A DNA stretch of 63,140 bases, counting the filler, from Octopus bimaculoides (taxonomy: Eukaryota), in assembly GCF_001194135.2 (NCBI RefSeq). It is 6 parts of 6 records of this genome, joined end to end, with 100 filler letters (N's around TTAATTAATTAA, not from the genome) between each part and the next. Parts side by side here need not be neighbours in the genome. Positions count along the whole stretch, not along the records: positions 38,530 to 61,511 come from NC_068981.1; positions 61,612 to 63,140 come from NC_068984.1; 4 more parts are not named here. One strand, given 5' to 3'. A program made the position numbers and the translations under genes. Numbering within the stretch: the first letter of the stretch is position 1; each line of letters opens with the position of its first letter. This document shows positions 49,729 to 62,784 of this stretch, one piece after another. Under the pieces are notes generated by a model, which had not been told where the DNA came from, did not search any database, and saw only the letters and a list, made by a program, of their open reading frames with translations.

Positions 49729-50128
49729 GTGAGTAGATGATATTTGTTCTTATAAAGATAACCACCTCATTTCATAGCCACTGGTAAAAATAGTCACTTG
49801 CATTTCATGGTAATCAATTCCAAAGATGCATTTAGATTGTCATAAGCGAATACATAATCATTCATTGAAATTAAAAATATTAACAAACATTTTTGCCTAA
49901 TTATATGATACACAAGTTTCCTACTGCTTTCTAAATTGCTTTCGACATAATTATCGTGTATCTTCTAGCGCTGACCGTAACGTCAGATATTTTTCATTAT
50001 ATATCAAACATCATCTGTAGTTTGGTTTAGCAGTAAGCTACCTCAAATTATCCCATTTCGGAACTGTATCACTCCAGAATAGCCTGCTCATTTCCTTCTA
50101 AATATGTCAACCACCAAACACACACACG

Positions 50129-50215
<87 letters not shown>

Positions 50216-50277
50216 ATTTTATATATATAACGAAACGTTAGCACCGAGCAGTGTTTAGGTACATGCACAATTTAGGT

Positions 50278-50705
50278 TAGTTCAAACATATTTGTGACAT
50301 ATTTCAACTGCTAAAAGGCAAATTCATGGCAGTTACCGACCGAACAGAAAATACTTTTCTTATAGTAAAATGGTGTGAAAATACCCAGTTTTTTCAGTGT
50401 CGCCATCTATCAGGAATCTCAGATATCGCGCGATCTACCAGCGCAAATAAGTCAACGTTGTTGACTATATTTTACATAGAACTATTGCTTTATAAGATTT
50501 GTTCAGAGTAGCAGTTCTTAGGTACATCTCATTGATAAAAGCCAAGTAGCTTCAAACCTAGATGTCTAGGATTCCAAATAGATGGCGACACTGAACAAAT
50601 AGGGTGTTTTCACACCTTTTTACCATAAATGAAATATTTTCTCTAGGTAGCTGCAGTGAATTTACCTTTTAACAATTGAAATATATCACAAACATATTTT
50701 AACTA
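50278..50705. mobile_element. Foldback/MITE with about 130-bp imperfect inverted arms
   Basis: 50278-50409 is the inverse of 50579-50705; the inner ends CAGTGTCGCCATCTAT / ATAGATGGCGACACTG are perfect. Confidence 0.85.
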
Positions 50706-51362
50706 ATCTAAAGTTTAGATTAGTTAATATACATATATACATGCATGTGTGCGCTCACGTGTATGAGTGTCAATATGCAGTAAAAGGTATTTTATCGAGC
50801 ATCTACATAGAAAAAGTTTCATAGAAGATTTAAATCAGGGAAATTCAAATGGTATCAAAATTGGTGCAGTAGAGAAATACCTTATGGGCCTTAATTTCGT
50901 TAAATCGCCCAAAGGTAAGGGCTGAAATTTTCGAGTCATCATATTTCAGTTATGTTAGAAAGCATGGTGGCAATCTAGTACTGAATATTGAGTCAACATT
51001 GGTGCAGTAGAAAACACTTTGGGGGCAAAAAATTGTCAAATTATAGGTGCTTACTGGGCCACTTAATTGTAGTTATGTCTATGTGTGTGTAGATGTATAC
51101 GTATAACTAAGGGATCGAGAGAGTGGTGGGGAACTTGTGTATGTAGTCAACGAAAGAAAAATAAAAGAAGTGACAGTATTGCTTTCTACAATGCTTAAGA
51201 TAACCTATTATTAACATCTACGCTTTTAGGCAAATGTAAAAAGTGTAGCTTTGAATCTTCATCGGCATAAGGTGTCACTTAAATCTCATTCTTTGATAAA
51301 CTTTTGCATCGGATTGTACCTATTTTATTTGTATTGTCTGTACATGCATGTACGTATATATA

Positions 51363-51475
<113 letters not shown>

Positions 51476-52159
51476 GTATATATATATATATAATATCATA
51501 TAGCATAATATAATATAGTATAATGTAATATAATATAATATAATATAATATAATATAATATAAACGGCTAGGCGCAACATAATAACGTAAACAAAAAAAT
51601 TATCGTCACTAATTCTATATTTTCTCTAATATAAACCGACATATACGTATATACACATATATATGTATATGTGTATATATGCATATATATATATTATTTA
51701 TATTATTAATTAATTGAACGCCACGCATCCATTTCCAANNNNNNNNNNNNNNNNNNNNNNNNNNNNNNNNNNNNNNNNNNNNNNNNNNNNNNNNNNNNNN
51801 NNNNNNNNNNNNNNNNNNNNNNNNNNNNNNNNNNNNNNNNNNNNNNNNNNNNNNNNNNNNNNNNNNNNNNNNNNNNNNNNNNNNNNNNNNNNNNNNNNNN
51901 NNNNNNNNNNNNNNNNNNNNNNNNNNNNNNNNNNNNNNNNNNNNNNNNNNNNNNNNNNNNNNNNNNNNNNNNNNNNNNNNNNNNNNNNNNNNNNNNNNNN
52001 NNNNNNNNNNNNNNNNNNNNNNNNNNNNNNNNNNNNNNNNNNNNNNNNNNNNNNNNNNNNNNNTATATATATATATATATATGGTAATAGTATGACAACA
52101 AAATAATGAATGAGACCTCGATATTATGTAAATGGAGGAATTTATCGGTAATATGATAT

Positions 52160-52583
52160 GTGCAGTAAGCTCTCATGGCACTCATCTTGCACAGACTTTA
52201 TGGAAGCCGAGTTCATCGTACATGATTTGATTGGCAGAACCATGTCTAATCTGCAGAGAACGAGCTACCTCGTCGACTATAACTCACCGGTTCACCATAA
52301 CCAGGCTCTGGAGCTTACTGAATCTTCTCGTCAGTGGTGGATGTTGGCAGGCCTCCTGACACATTTGAAACGCCTTCTGACCAGAAAAATCGGATCATTG
52401 CTCTTCTTCTTTGGTGCATATTGCTTACACTATAAAGCCAGAAATAAAATGGCGTGATCAGGCTCAAACTTCGATCACGTGACAATAATAGTGCCAAATA
52501 TAAGCACGCATGTGCAGAATGCAGCGTGACAACAATAAAGTTATGTTATGGCGAAATTACGGATGATATTTGACTTTCTCTCG
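52160..52583 (-). mobile_element. Mariner element 5' part (TIR and N-terminal transposase, internally deleted)
   Basis: rc terminus CGAGAGAAAGTCAAATATCATCCG; translation RAMIRFFWSEGVS / TSTTDEKIQ / VDEVARSLQIRHGSANQIMYDELGFHKVCAR*VP*ELT (WVPRELT motif). Confidence 0.8.
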
Positions 52584-52693
52584 AATATATATATATATGT
52601 GTGTGTGCGTACGAGTGTGTGTTCGTGTGTGTGTGTGTGTGTGTGTGTTTGTTTGTGTGCAAGTATGCACGTACGTCTGTATGCATGTATGTA

Positions 52694-52752
<59 letters not shown>

Positions 52753-52960
52753 ACATATATATATTATTACCCTCTCTTGGAAATACTATTCTGTATAATT
52801 AGATCTGCTCTCCTGGAAACAATACATCTTGCAAGAGTATTTATCTGCTATACGCCGCCATGCAGCTCCACACGCACTTCTGTATGCACTTTACTTAGCA
52901 CTTGAGTTTGATCAAAGAGACTTCATGCACGATGCAAAGAGGTTCGAATATGAGACTTTA

Positions 52961-54041
52961 CACAGACATGCAAGAAGTAAATAGACACCTTTAATTTTCA
53001 AAATCTTTTATTTAATACGCAAAGCGAACAATTGAAATGTAATCGACAGGTAGGACTACATACTTTTGTATTTAGTTGACAGTCCCTTTGCACTTTTTAA
53101 TTCAGAAACTTTTTATGGCATTGGACTTTGTGATTGCCTCTTGTGGAATTTCTGCCCACTTTTCACGCAACAATCGAAACAATTAATCTTTAGATTTAGG
53201 TTTCTGTCGAGTTTTTCGTATAGCTCTATCTAGTATGCGCCAAAGATTTTCAATTGGGTTCATGTCAGGAGATTGACTCGGCCAAGGAAGCTTTTTGATC
53301 CCATTTTCAGACAGCCATTGTTGATTCCTTTTCACTGTGTGGCATGGAGCCCCATCTTCCATGAAAAAAACTCATTTTTCGTTATGTTATCGTATGAATA
53401 CATCGGAAGTAGTTCTTGCTTAAGTATTTCGATGTATTTTTCAGAATTTATGGTTCCAACACATTCGATCTGCTCAGAACGACCATTGTTGGTGACAGCT
53501 CCCCATAACATTACAGAGATATCACCATGTTTCACAGTTGATTGGAGTCGTTTCCAATCAAATTCCTGATTGGGAAGCCTCCAGACCCAAACACGTCTAC
53601 TGTCTGAAAATGATGTAAATCTGGATTCATCTGAGAAAATCACTCTATCCCAAAATGAACTGACTTTTCTGACATCTCCTTAGCTCATTTCTTTCTTTTC
53701 ATGATATTAATTGGTTGAAGAAGAGGTTTTGTTCTAGCTGCTCGTCCATAATAACCAGTTTTATGCAGATATGTAGCACACGTTCTTGGACTAACTTCTA
53801 GTTGTTTTGCAATGTCAGAAGCTTCAGCTTGCCCACCAATACGACCTTTTTGAAAATTTAACAGTTCTGCTGAATTTTTTGTGCGTGGCATGGTCACTCT
53901 TCGCAAATGTTTAATATAATGGTACCTGAAATAAAAAATAATAATTACATTGTAAATTCTACACCGCTGAAAACATATTAAGACGCTTAGAAAAGAAGGT
54001 TTGAAAATTAAAGGTGTCTATTTACTTCCTGCATATGTGTG
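52961..54041 (-). mobile_element. Tc1 transposon with both 41-bp TIRs and TA target-site duplication
   Basis: CACA(G/C)A(C/T)ATGCA(A/G)GAAGTAAATAGACACCTTTAATTTTCAA at both ends (3 mismatches), with TA on both sides. Confidence 0.92.
53080..53891 (-). pseudogene. Tc1 DD34E transposase, shortened HTH region, frameshifted
   Basis: MPRTKN.., GRAARTKPLL, VIFSDESRF, TVKHGDISVMLWGA, MEDGAPCH, SQSPDMNPIENLW. Confidence 0.9.
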
Positions 54042-54909
54042 TATAGTCTGATCGCTGAATAGATACCGCTATGTATTGCCACAATTCAGCTTCTGTGGAA
54101 GAGTTCGGTATTTAAAATAGCTGTCATAACAAAAGTTGACTCTGTCGGAGACCTGATTGAGCTAAATTTAGCAGTACCCCACCAAAATAAAAGCTATATC
54201 CGATGTGAGTTACAATGTATCGCATTAGATGGACATAATAAGTTGTTATTGATAAACCTGCTGGTGTTCACGGATGTTTAAGCGTTTCCGATTTCTTGGC
54301 GTAGATCTTTGTTAAAAATTCTTGACTTTATGTTTAGCAGAATTATAACCTTAAATTTGTGTATTATATACTTTTTACTGGGATCATTTCTCAACGACAT
54401 CGTCACTTCTCGGCTCATATGCTTGGGTATACGCCCAATCACCTATCCGTTGCAAAGGACAGTTGCCAAAGCAGTAGGAAATCTTTCTGACATACTCATA
54501 TATCTTTGGTGACACGCTGCACCTATACCACCGCCCCTTCAAACGAATTTCTGCCTTTCTTTTTCAAAGCGTACACCCAATATTTGACGTCAAATCAATG
54601 GTCGGAAATTATATTATATGCAGTGCTTTTTTATGTACCTCTGCTAATGGACGGATAAAGTCTCTACTGTCAAAGCGTTCTCTATAATAATGACATGCTA
54701 ATGAAAGGCCTCATAAATTCCGACTTAACTAATACATCCCGATGTTTTATTGATTTCTGCTCCCCCAAAATTGCACAATTTCCAGTAACTGGCTCATTAT
54801 TTTATTCTATTTATTATTATTTCTTTACATATTGAGCTTAGGCGAAGAATGGTGCCCTTGCCCTTCGCAGGCCCTTCCTCGTTGGCAAGATTGATTCGTT
54901 AATACTTCT

Positions 54910-55480
54910 CATGGACATTTATAAGTCAGCACCTTCAAAAAAGACAGGTGGTGGTGGAGGGAGGGGCTTCCAGAGAGACGGAATTCTAGGAAAGAAGGGC
55001 TGGAGATAGTGATTAGTGCATAGCCTGTAGAATTTGACACAGTATATGTGACTGAAAGAAGAAATACAAATTGTTTGTAGGCCAGAGGCTGGAGTGTATC
55101 ATTGACTGACTTTATGCCAATCAAATAGATGGCCCTTTTCTGGATGCAGTCTAGGATGTATGTTTGTGCAGCAGGTGTTGAAAAGAACACGTCTGCATAT
55201 TCCTATTGTAGGATACATTCGAAGTCTCTGTTCATAAAGTTAATGTTGATTGACTCTGTGTGTCTAGCTTGCGAGCAGATACATTTGGTTGGGAAATATG
55301 AGGCAGGAATGAAGAGCTGTGTTTCATGCATAAGAGTGGGTATCGTTGAATGTGATGTCAAGTAAGTCATTGGTAAATAAAAGGGAGAGTAGGTGATTGA
55401 CCCCCAAAACTGGAGAACGCTGGAGTTTGTAAAATAATGACGGAGCTCCATCAACACATAACAATATCCAAAACCCTCAA
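54910..55480 (-). pseudogene. CR1/L2-like LINE RT C-terminal fragment, heavily decayed
   Basis: rc ..LQ*EYADVFF..YILDCIQKRAIYLIG..DTLQPLAY resembles the EY...W..LLD.IQ.RA.RLI..LQPLA.RR pattern. Confidence 0.55.
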
Positions 55481-55789
55481 TACCTTGCGCTATACCATCT
55501 ATCAATCTAACAAAAACTATTGAAATACAAACTCAAAGCTTCACATTGAAGCCATTCAGAAATCTAAGCAATATTTTTCAAACATTTTGAACTGCCAAAG
55601 TGCGTTTGCGAAGATATTAGTGCCCTACTCAATTACTCTAGACTAATCATTGCGTCCGTCTAGATACTATTCACAAACCGAAATATACTCACTTTTGTCC
55701 ATAATAAAGATAGAGCCTCCTTTATCCGCCATTTTAATAACAATCAGTTAAGAAGCCTTGAGAGCCATTGTTTGCTTCTGTATCAAGGC

Positions 55790-55862
<73 letters not shown>

Positions 55863-56679
55863 GCCGTCATCAAAGAAATCACGTTTTACTTCAGCTCTAC
55901 AGAGTTTGTGGGAGAAAAAGATCGTTTGTTTTACACTGAATGGGATTGTATTTGTATTTGTTCTTTGTGCAATCGAATGAATGAAGGAACCTGCTAAATA
56001 ATGCTAGGTCTGTTTTTTTTTTATATGAGTTCTCACCTCGGGGGAGCTGTCGGTGTAATATTTGCTTTTGTAAAATTTCAAGATGATGTATGTCTTTCAA
56101 TAATAATAGTCAAGACAAACACAATAATGACTGAGAAAGAAGAGAAAAGTGCTGATGTAATAGTAGAAGATAGAAAGAGAGAGAAATTCAACCATAGTAC
56201 ATTAACGAGTTTAAATCTAGTAGCGTTGCTGTTATATTACACAAAGCAAGCAGGCGACAACAATAAAATGAACTTCGTGAACGATGACAACAACAACGAA
56301 AAATAACAATGTGAAAGACAACAAAACAATAATAAGTCAGTGTGAATAGTGACAGCAACAATAACTATAATATGACATCATTCCCTTCAACACTACCAGT
56401 ATCACTTTTAACAACAGCAACAATACGCACGCATTTATTTTTGATGGAGTGGTTTTCCGACGTTCTACTTAAATAGAAATGGAAGGTCCAACGTAAGCAG
56501 CAATGACCATTGTGTTTTGTTTCAGTTCCAACTGATCAGATTAGAACGTCTGCATTTTGGTTTCTTATATAAAGGACTTATTCCATTCGTCATGCAGTCT
56601 CTCTGTAACTAGCATCCTCTGCATACTGCATGTCGGATGAGTATACTGAGACTACTGACACGTGTATACGCGCTCAGGC

Positions 56680-57420
56680 TTCATCTACTGAAATTGCGCT
56701 ACAGTGTGCATGTGTGATGGCGGTTCGCAAGGCACGTTTTCCTGTAGCTCATCTCCTTGAGGGATCTGTAATCCTGGGTCGACCAAAATTGCGTACCTGG
56801 TGTCTGTTTTGATTACAGTTAGGGTTATCACGAGGTACGCATCGCTCTCTGCCAGTCGGGCAATGGGCTCGGGGAATGTTGCATATCAGCAATCGATACA
56901 GAGTTATTCGAGTAACAGAGAATCGACTTTCATAAGGAAATCCTGAACGTTAATGAAAACGAATGCTCTAGGGATTCGAAGGTCTTTCCGAACGGAGACT
57001 ATACTGAACGCCTTCCAGTAGACCTTGAACAGGCAGTGCTGTAGAGGGTCACTACCGGTTTGAGATAAAATCTCTTGGCATTGAAATGTTTTGAGACGGG
57101 TCTGTCCGAATGCGCGCAGAGTGATAAAACCATTTACATGCATTTATTCAGTGGCCGCTATTACTGACTCGTAGAGATATCTTGATCATTTGAATCTTCC
57201 TTGAAAATTGCCCTGACATCTTACTTTAGTCGTGCAAGGAAGGCAGTTTTCCTCTGATGACAATAGAAAATATCTGTATGTGGATGATGGGCAAACACTT
57301 TCGTCTTTAGTCAATCCTTCGTTGAGTCTTTCATATTTGACGTGGAAAGGAAGGTGGCTATGAAAAGAGAAGTCGTGTCTTCGATTGAATTTGTTGAAAA
57401 GTGGGTGAAAATATAAACGA
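56680..57420 (+). pseudogene. Tx1/L1 ORF2 C-terminal cysteine-rich region, decayed
   Basis: RPKLRTW; NAFQ*TLNRQCCRGSLPV*DK..RVCP / CAQSDKT / HAFIQWP (C-x2-C..H..C pattern); ERKVAMKREVVSSIEFVEKWV. Confidence 0.65.
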
Positions 57421-57724
57421 ATCGTAAGAGTAGATGTGGCCGTTTAAGTATAAACCGTTCAAGAACAATTCCAGACAGCATTTGCTCTTGGATGGGGTAT
57501 GCCTTAATTGGTCCAAGGTACAGGTCCTCTTGTTTCAGGAACATTGCTTCATCATCATCAACATCGTCATCGTCATCGTCGTCGTCGTCGTCTTCGTTGT
57601 CGTTGACGTTGGAATTTGTTTTTGTCCCGACTTCCCAAGTGATAGGAACTGAGATGACTTGACAAACAGGGTAGCCAGTGTTACCCAGAAATGAGCAAAG
57701 AAGAAGCTGACAGAATTGTTAGCT

Positions 57725-57900
57725 CGCAGAAGCGGTATTTTGTCTGTTTTTATGCTCTGAGTTTAAGTACCACCGGAGTCAGTTTTGCGTTTCATCCACT
57801 TAGGTATCGATAACATAGATACCAGTTGAACACTGGGTCGATGTAATCGACATACTCAACCCCCGAAAGTGTAGGCGTTGTGCTAAAATTTGAAACCAAT
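57725..57900 (+). mobile_element. Diverged family C SINE
   Basis: GCGGTATTT.GTCTG..TCTGAGTT..TCGATAA..ACCAGTTG..GGGTCGATGTAATCGAC. Confidence 0.7.
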
Positions 57901-58421
57901 ATATATGCATACATATAAATATATACAGTATACTATATATATATATATATATATAGTAACGGTGATAGCAAGTGGACCAGAGCCAACAATGGAAAGGGTG
58001 ATTGTAAACATGGTGTGCACGGAGGTCGAGATGGTATGAGAAATACTAATAATAAACGCATAAAAAACAATGGAAATGAAGTAACCATTAATGCTAATGC
58101 TAAAGCTAACATGGAGGGCAATTTAGGTAGAAATGACAATCAGAATGACAACAACGGCAACGGTGGTGACGGTGGTGATCGCCGTAATAACAATAATGAT
58201 GATAGTAATTTTAATGGTAATGATAATAGTAACGATAATAGTGGTGATAATAATGATAATAGTGATCATAACAGCACAGGTAGTAACAATGGGTAGGACA
58301 GGGTCAGTTGTAACTGAAGGCACTGAATTAATCCGGACCACCGGAGAGTACAGTTTCGAATTATTTGTGCTCATTCTCAGGCATAGCAGTAGTTTGCTCG
58401 AGCTCGTGATATAAAGAAAAG

Positions 58422-58789
58422 AAGTGACAACCAGTCATTGATCTTGCAACAAGCAAATTAACTTGTTAGAAAATTTCTATAGGAATTGAAATCAGTATTT
58501 ATACTGAGAAGTGTTGTTTATCGCCAATTCAACATGGTCCCATCGCTGGAAGATGGTAGGGGTTCGTTCCCTTCTTTGCAATATACATTGGATGCAGATT
58601 ACATCGAATAACCAGCTGGAGGAAACGTCCTCCTGGTGTTAAAATGGTAGTAACGTCGGTTCCTACAGAACAACCATGTTGAAGTGGCGATAAACATTAC
58701 TTCTCAGTATAGTTATTGCTTTCATCTCTTACAGAAATTTTGTAATTAACTAATTTGCTTGTTGCAAGATCAGTGACTAGTTTGTACTT
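58422..58789. mobile_element. Foldback/MITE with about 117-bp inverted arms
   Basis: 58422-58538 is the inverse of 58673-58789 (GATCTTGCAACAAGCAAATTA, TATACTGAGAAGT, TTTATCGCCA.TTCAACATGGT). Confidence 0.88.
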
Positions 58790-58889
58790 ATTTTCAATAC
58801 ATCGCGAGCCGGAGCGAACTACTGCTGGAAGCTCGCTATCGTGAACGGGTCATAAAAGCTACCATTCCCTATCCAATCAAATAATAAAT

Positions 58890-59057
58890 GGCAGGTGTGA
58901 CTGTGGGGTAAAAAGCTTGCTTCCCAACCACATGGTTCTTGCTTCAGTTTCACTGCGTGGTACCTTGGGAAGTCGTCTTCTACTATAGCCTCGGGTCGAC
59001 CAAAGCATTGTAAGTGAATTTGGTAGTCGGAACTGAAAGAAAACTGTGTATTTTTGT
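58890..59057 (+). mobile_element. Family A SINE head, cut off by a gap
   Basis: Matches the heads at 61612 and 62785. Confidence 0.8.
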
Positions 59058-59826
59058 NNNNNNNNNNNNNNNNNNNNNNNNNNNNNNNNNNNNNNNNNNN
59101 NNNNNNNNNNNNNNNNNNNNNNNNNNNNNNNNNNNNNNNNNNNNNNNNNNNNNNNNNNNNNNNNNNNNNNNNNNNNNNNNNNNNNNNNNNNNNNNNNNNN
59201 NNNNNNNNNNNNNNNNNNNNNNNNNNNNNNNNNNNNNNNNNNNNNNNNNNNNNNNNNNNNNNNNNNNNNNNNNNNNNNNNNNNNNNNNNNNNNNNNNNNN
59301 NNNNNNNNNNNNNNNNNNNNNNNNNNNNNNNNNNNNNNNNNNNNNNNNNNNNNNNNNNNNNNNNNNNNNNNNNNNNNNNNNNNNNNNNNNNNNNNNNNNN
59401 NNNNNNNNNNNNNNNNNNNNNNNNNNNNNNNNNNNNNNNNNNNNNNNNNNNNNNNNNNNNNNNNNNNNNNNNNNNNNNNNNNNNNNNNNNNNNNNNNNNN
59501 NNNNNNNNNNNNNNNNNNNNNNNNNNNNNNNNNNNNNNNNNNNNNNNNNNNNNNNNNNNNNNNNNNNNNNNNNNNNNNNNNNNNNNNNNNNNNNNNNNNN
59601 NNNNNNNNNNNNNNNNNNNNNNNNNNNNNNNNNNNNNNNNNNNNNNNNNNNNNNNNNNNNNNNNNNNNNNNNNNNNNNNNNNNNNNNNNNNNNNNNNNNN
59701 NNNNNNNNNNNNNNNNNNNNNNNNNNNNNNNNNNNNNNNNNNNNNNNNNNNNNNNNNNNNNNNNNNNNNNNNNNNTATATATATATATAATTATATATAC
59801 TTTATTAAAAAGCAGTAAAACTATCA

Positions 59827-59875
59827 CAAAAACTGTTACTCAGAGTTTCACGTTCCTGTTTGTCAGAGAGTTTTG
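59827..59875 (-). ncRNA. Minimal type I hammerhead motif, decayed
   Basis: rc: caaaactct CTGACAA ac-aggaac-gt GAA ACTC-T-GAGT A / acagtttttg. G8 and one stem II G appear as A, consistent with CpG decay. Confidence 0.55.
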
Positions 59876-60534
59876 TTTAGAATGGAGCAAGATAAAGTTA
59901 TATGCAGAAATACAATTACTTTGATTGATACACATTTGAAAATAGTTTTGTTTCATTGCTCCTTTCAACTAATGGTCTTTTCAATAACCGGTTGCATGAA
60001 ATAGCAAATTTCGGTTTAAAATCATATTATTATAAAAATCGAAGAAAATCTTAAATCAAAAATAGCTTACGAAGAAGGAAAAAGGCCTGAATACTCAGAG
60101 TAAATAATTAGTTGTAAAAATAATAATAAATTAATAAATTAAAAGATATATCCTTTTAAAAATTGATTACGCTAAAATGCATATACATTTACCAAAACAT
60201 ACACATACCAAACAATCTATAATATACGTATATACATTAAACATATAGACGTAGGTACATGGTTACATACATATAGACTCATATATAGGCAAAGCATAAA
60301 TATATACAAATGCATATATATGTATGCACGCACACACACACACGCATGCGCACAAAACCTCCTGGTGTATGCATATACAACTTAATTGTTACAGGCAAAA
60401 GAAAGTAAAGGAAAAACAAAGGAAAAACAAAAATGGAGAAAAGAAGAGAAATAAAAGAAAAAGGAACAGAAAATTAAAGAGAGAAAGGATCAAATAGATA
60501 GAGGCAGAGAGAGCGAAATGATTGGCGTTCCTAT

Positions 60535-60945
60535 AAGTGTTCTCCTATTAAAAATTCTATAGAACTTATGGTTAGATTAAAAATGTTTAGAAACTAATTT
60601 TAAGAAATCCCTTCCTATATTAATTTTTACGGCAATATTAAATGCAGGATTAAACCACAAAGCTTTCCTAGTTCTAGTTCTACGTGGTCTATTATTGTTA
60701 GAATTAGCTCAACTATACTGAATCTTCTCCGAGAATCCCCCTTTCCTTAATGCATTATTATAATACGGCGCCGAATTTTGAAATGCTGTCCCAGCTGAAG
60801 AAATTGATGATATTTGCCTTCCTACATTACTAACTAGGCTCTTAAGAATTACGGGTTGATGAGTAGATTCTTTGCTAATATAACATAGCTTTTCATTGGG
60901 TTTACTGTAGGGTTTAAATTTATCTAATTGTAAATCTAAGTTTAT
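60535..60945 (-). pseudogene. Penelope-like element RT C-terminus and linker
   Basis: One frame with two stops: KFKPYSKPNEKLCYISKESTHQPVILKSL..SAPYYNNALRKGGF..*..RTRKALWFNPAFNIAVKINIGRDFLKLVSKHF*SNHKFYRIFNR. Confidence 0.85.
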
Positions 60946-61611
60946 CTCCCCTGCACCTTTCCCTTTGTCTCTGATTTTTTTTCTAATCCTCCAATCCCAC
61001 TCTCCTCCTTCCACGTGACCAGTGTCCGGTCAACCATGATCTTTCTTTCTTGGCCTGATTGCCAACCGTCAACACGTCTTGTGTCCATCTCCCATGTCCC
61101 TGCCTTTAGGCTTTTACTTCATACACCCCAGCTCAATTTGAATCGTTCTCAGTCGAAAAACGCCTGTTCTTATTTCTTGTTGTATTCGTAATTGTGTACC
61201 ATGTTCTCCGTTTTATTGTTTGTTTGTTTTTTCGTCTTTGTTGCTGTACACATTCGCTAGCTTTTTACAAAGGGGTCTAATGCTCTTAGCTTAGACGTTT
61301 TTGCGGGGCAACCAGATGGAACCATCTCAAGTGTAACTGTCCGAAATGGTCGCAAATTCTGGTACTTGACTGATGAAAGAAAGTCAGGAATGACCCGTCT
61401 TTTTTGTCTGTCCTTATAATTGTTGTTTCTTTTGTCCGCCAATGTGTCGTTTATCTCTCCGAACGTTTTAATATATATATATATATATATATATTTGCAA
61501 TATATATATATNNNNNNNNNNNNNNNNNNNNNNNNNNNNNNNNNNNNNNNNNNNNTTAATTAATTAANNNNNNNNNNNNNNNNNNNNNNNNNNNNNNNNN
61601 NNNNNNNNNNN

Positions 61612-61988
61612 GCGCAGGAGTGGCTGTGTGGTAAGTAGCTTGCATACCAAGCACATGGTTCCGGGCACCTTGGGCAAGTATCTTCTACTATAGCCTCGGG
61701 CCGACCAATGCCTTGTGAGTGGAATTGGTAGACAGAAACTGAAAGAAGCCCGTCGTATATATATGTGTGTGTGTGTTTGTCTGTCTGTGTTTGTCCCCCT
61801 ACCATCACTTGACGACTGATGCTGGTGTGTTTACGTCCCCGTAACTTAGCGGTTCGGCAAAAAGAGGGCGATAGAATAAGTACTAGGCTTACAAAGAAGA
61901 AGTCCTGGGGTCGATTTGCTCGACTAAAGGCGGTGCTCCAGCATGGCCGCGGTCAAATGACTGAAACAAGTAAAAGAGTAAAGAGAGA

Positions 61989-61990
<2 letters not shown>
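61612..61990 (+). mobile_element. Family A SINE, full length but B-box segment deleted
   Basis: GGTTCCGG^GCACCTTGGG lacks the GTTCAGTCCCACTGCGTG segment present in the other heads. Confidence 0.88.
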
Positions 61991-62023
<33 letters not shown>

Positions 62024-62374
62024 TCACTTGTTGAACAATAACATCGTTAAGTGAAGCTTCCAAATGCGTATTTCAATTGTTCACCGCCTTTCTGACACTA
62101 GAGTAACAAGAGTGTATCTTTAACATGATGCAGAACAAATAACGCGAGGGAGATCGTTCGTATTGTGTTGAGTTAAAAGCTTTGCAACATATTGGTAACT
62201 TATTTGCTTTATTCGTCAAGTTACAACAAAAACAGTCATACATTAATCAACCTGGAGGAGGTGGAAGCTTCATTGAAAGAATTTATCGTGAGATTGACAG
62301 TGACTCATGGAGCCAACAAGAAAGTTTGCTGCAAAGACTACAAATTGAATCCTTGTTTTCGGCCTGACAGTTAG

Positions 62375-62562
62375 GACTCTGAGGTGGAGGATCATTATGG
62401 GTTTCCAAATGCCTCCTGAGTCCAAAGCAACTCTTGCAGACTTTGCCGCATACATCACAGGTAAGCGGGTCTGCGATAACAAATTGACCATAACCTGCTG
62501 GCGGGTTGTCTATGTGATTCTTGAGGTGGCTTTGGACTCCTGCGTTTAACAAGCATATTCGG
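62375..62562 (-). pseudogene. C2H2 zinc-finger fragment, probably the C-terminus of an RTE-type ORF2
   Basis: rc TCDVCGKVCKSCFGLRRHLETH (C-x2-C-x12-H-x3-H), preceded by the end of a similar finger (RICLLNAGVQSHLKNH); truncated at a microsatellite. Confidence 0.55.
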
Positions 62563-62784
62563 TATATACACACACACACACACACGCACGCACACGCACA
62601 CACACACACACACACGCACACGCACACGCACACACACACACACGCACGCACACGCACACGCACACACACACACACACGCACGCACACACACATATATTTA
62701 TATATATACATGTATATATCCGTGTGTGTGTGTGTGTGCGTGCGTGTGTGTGTGTCTGTGTGCGTGTGTATGTGTGTGTGTGTA

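Noticed and set aside
56030-56090. SHLGGAVGVIF as the next CLC exon
   Set aside because: The acceptor would be GAG and the peptide does not match the expected helix F continuation.
57040-57125. Minus-strand PVSKHFN as a Penelope GIY-YIG motif
   Set aside because: The plus strand gives a longer, collinear Tx1 ORF2 match; likely coincidence.
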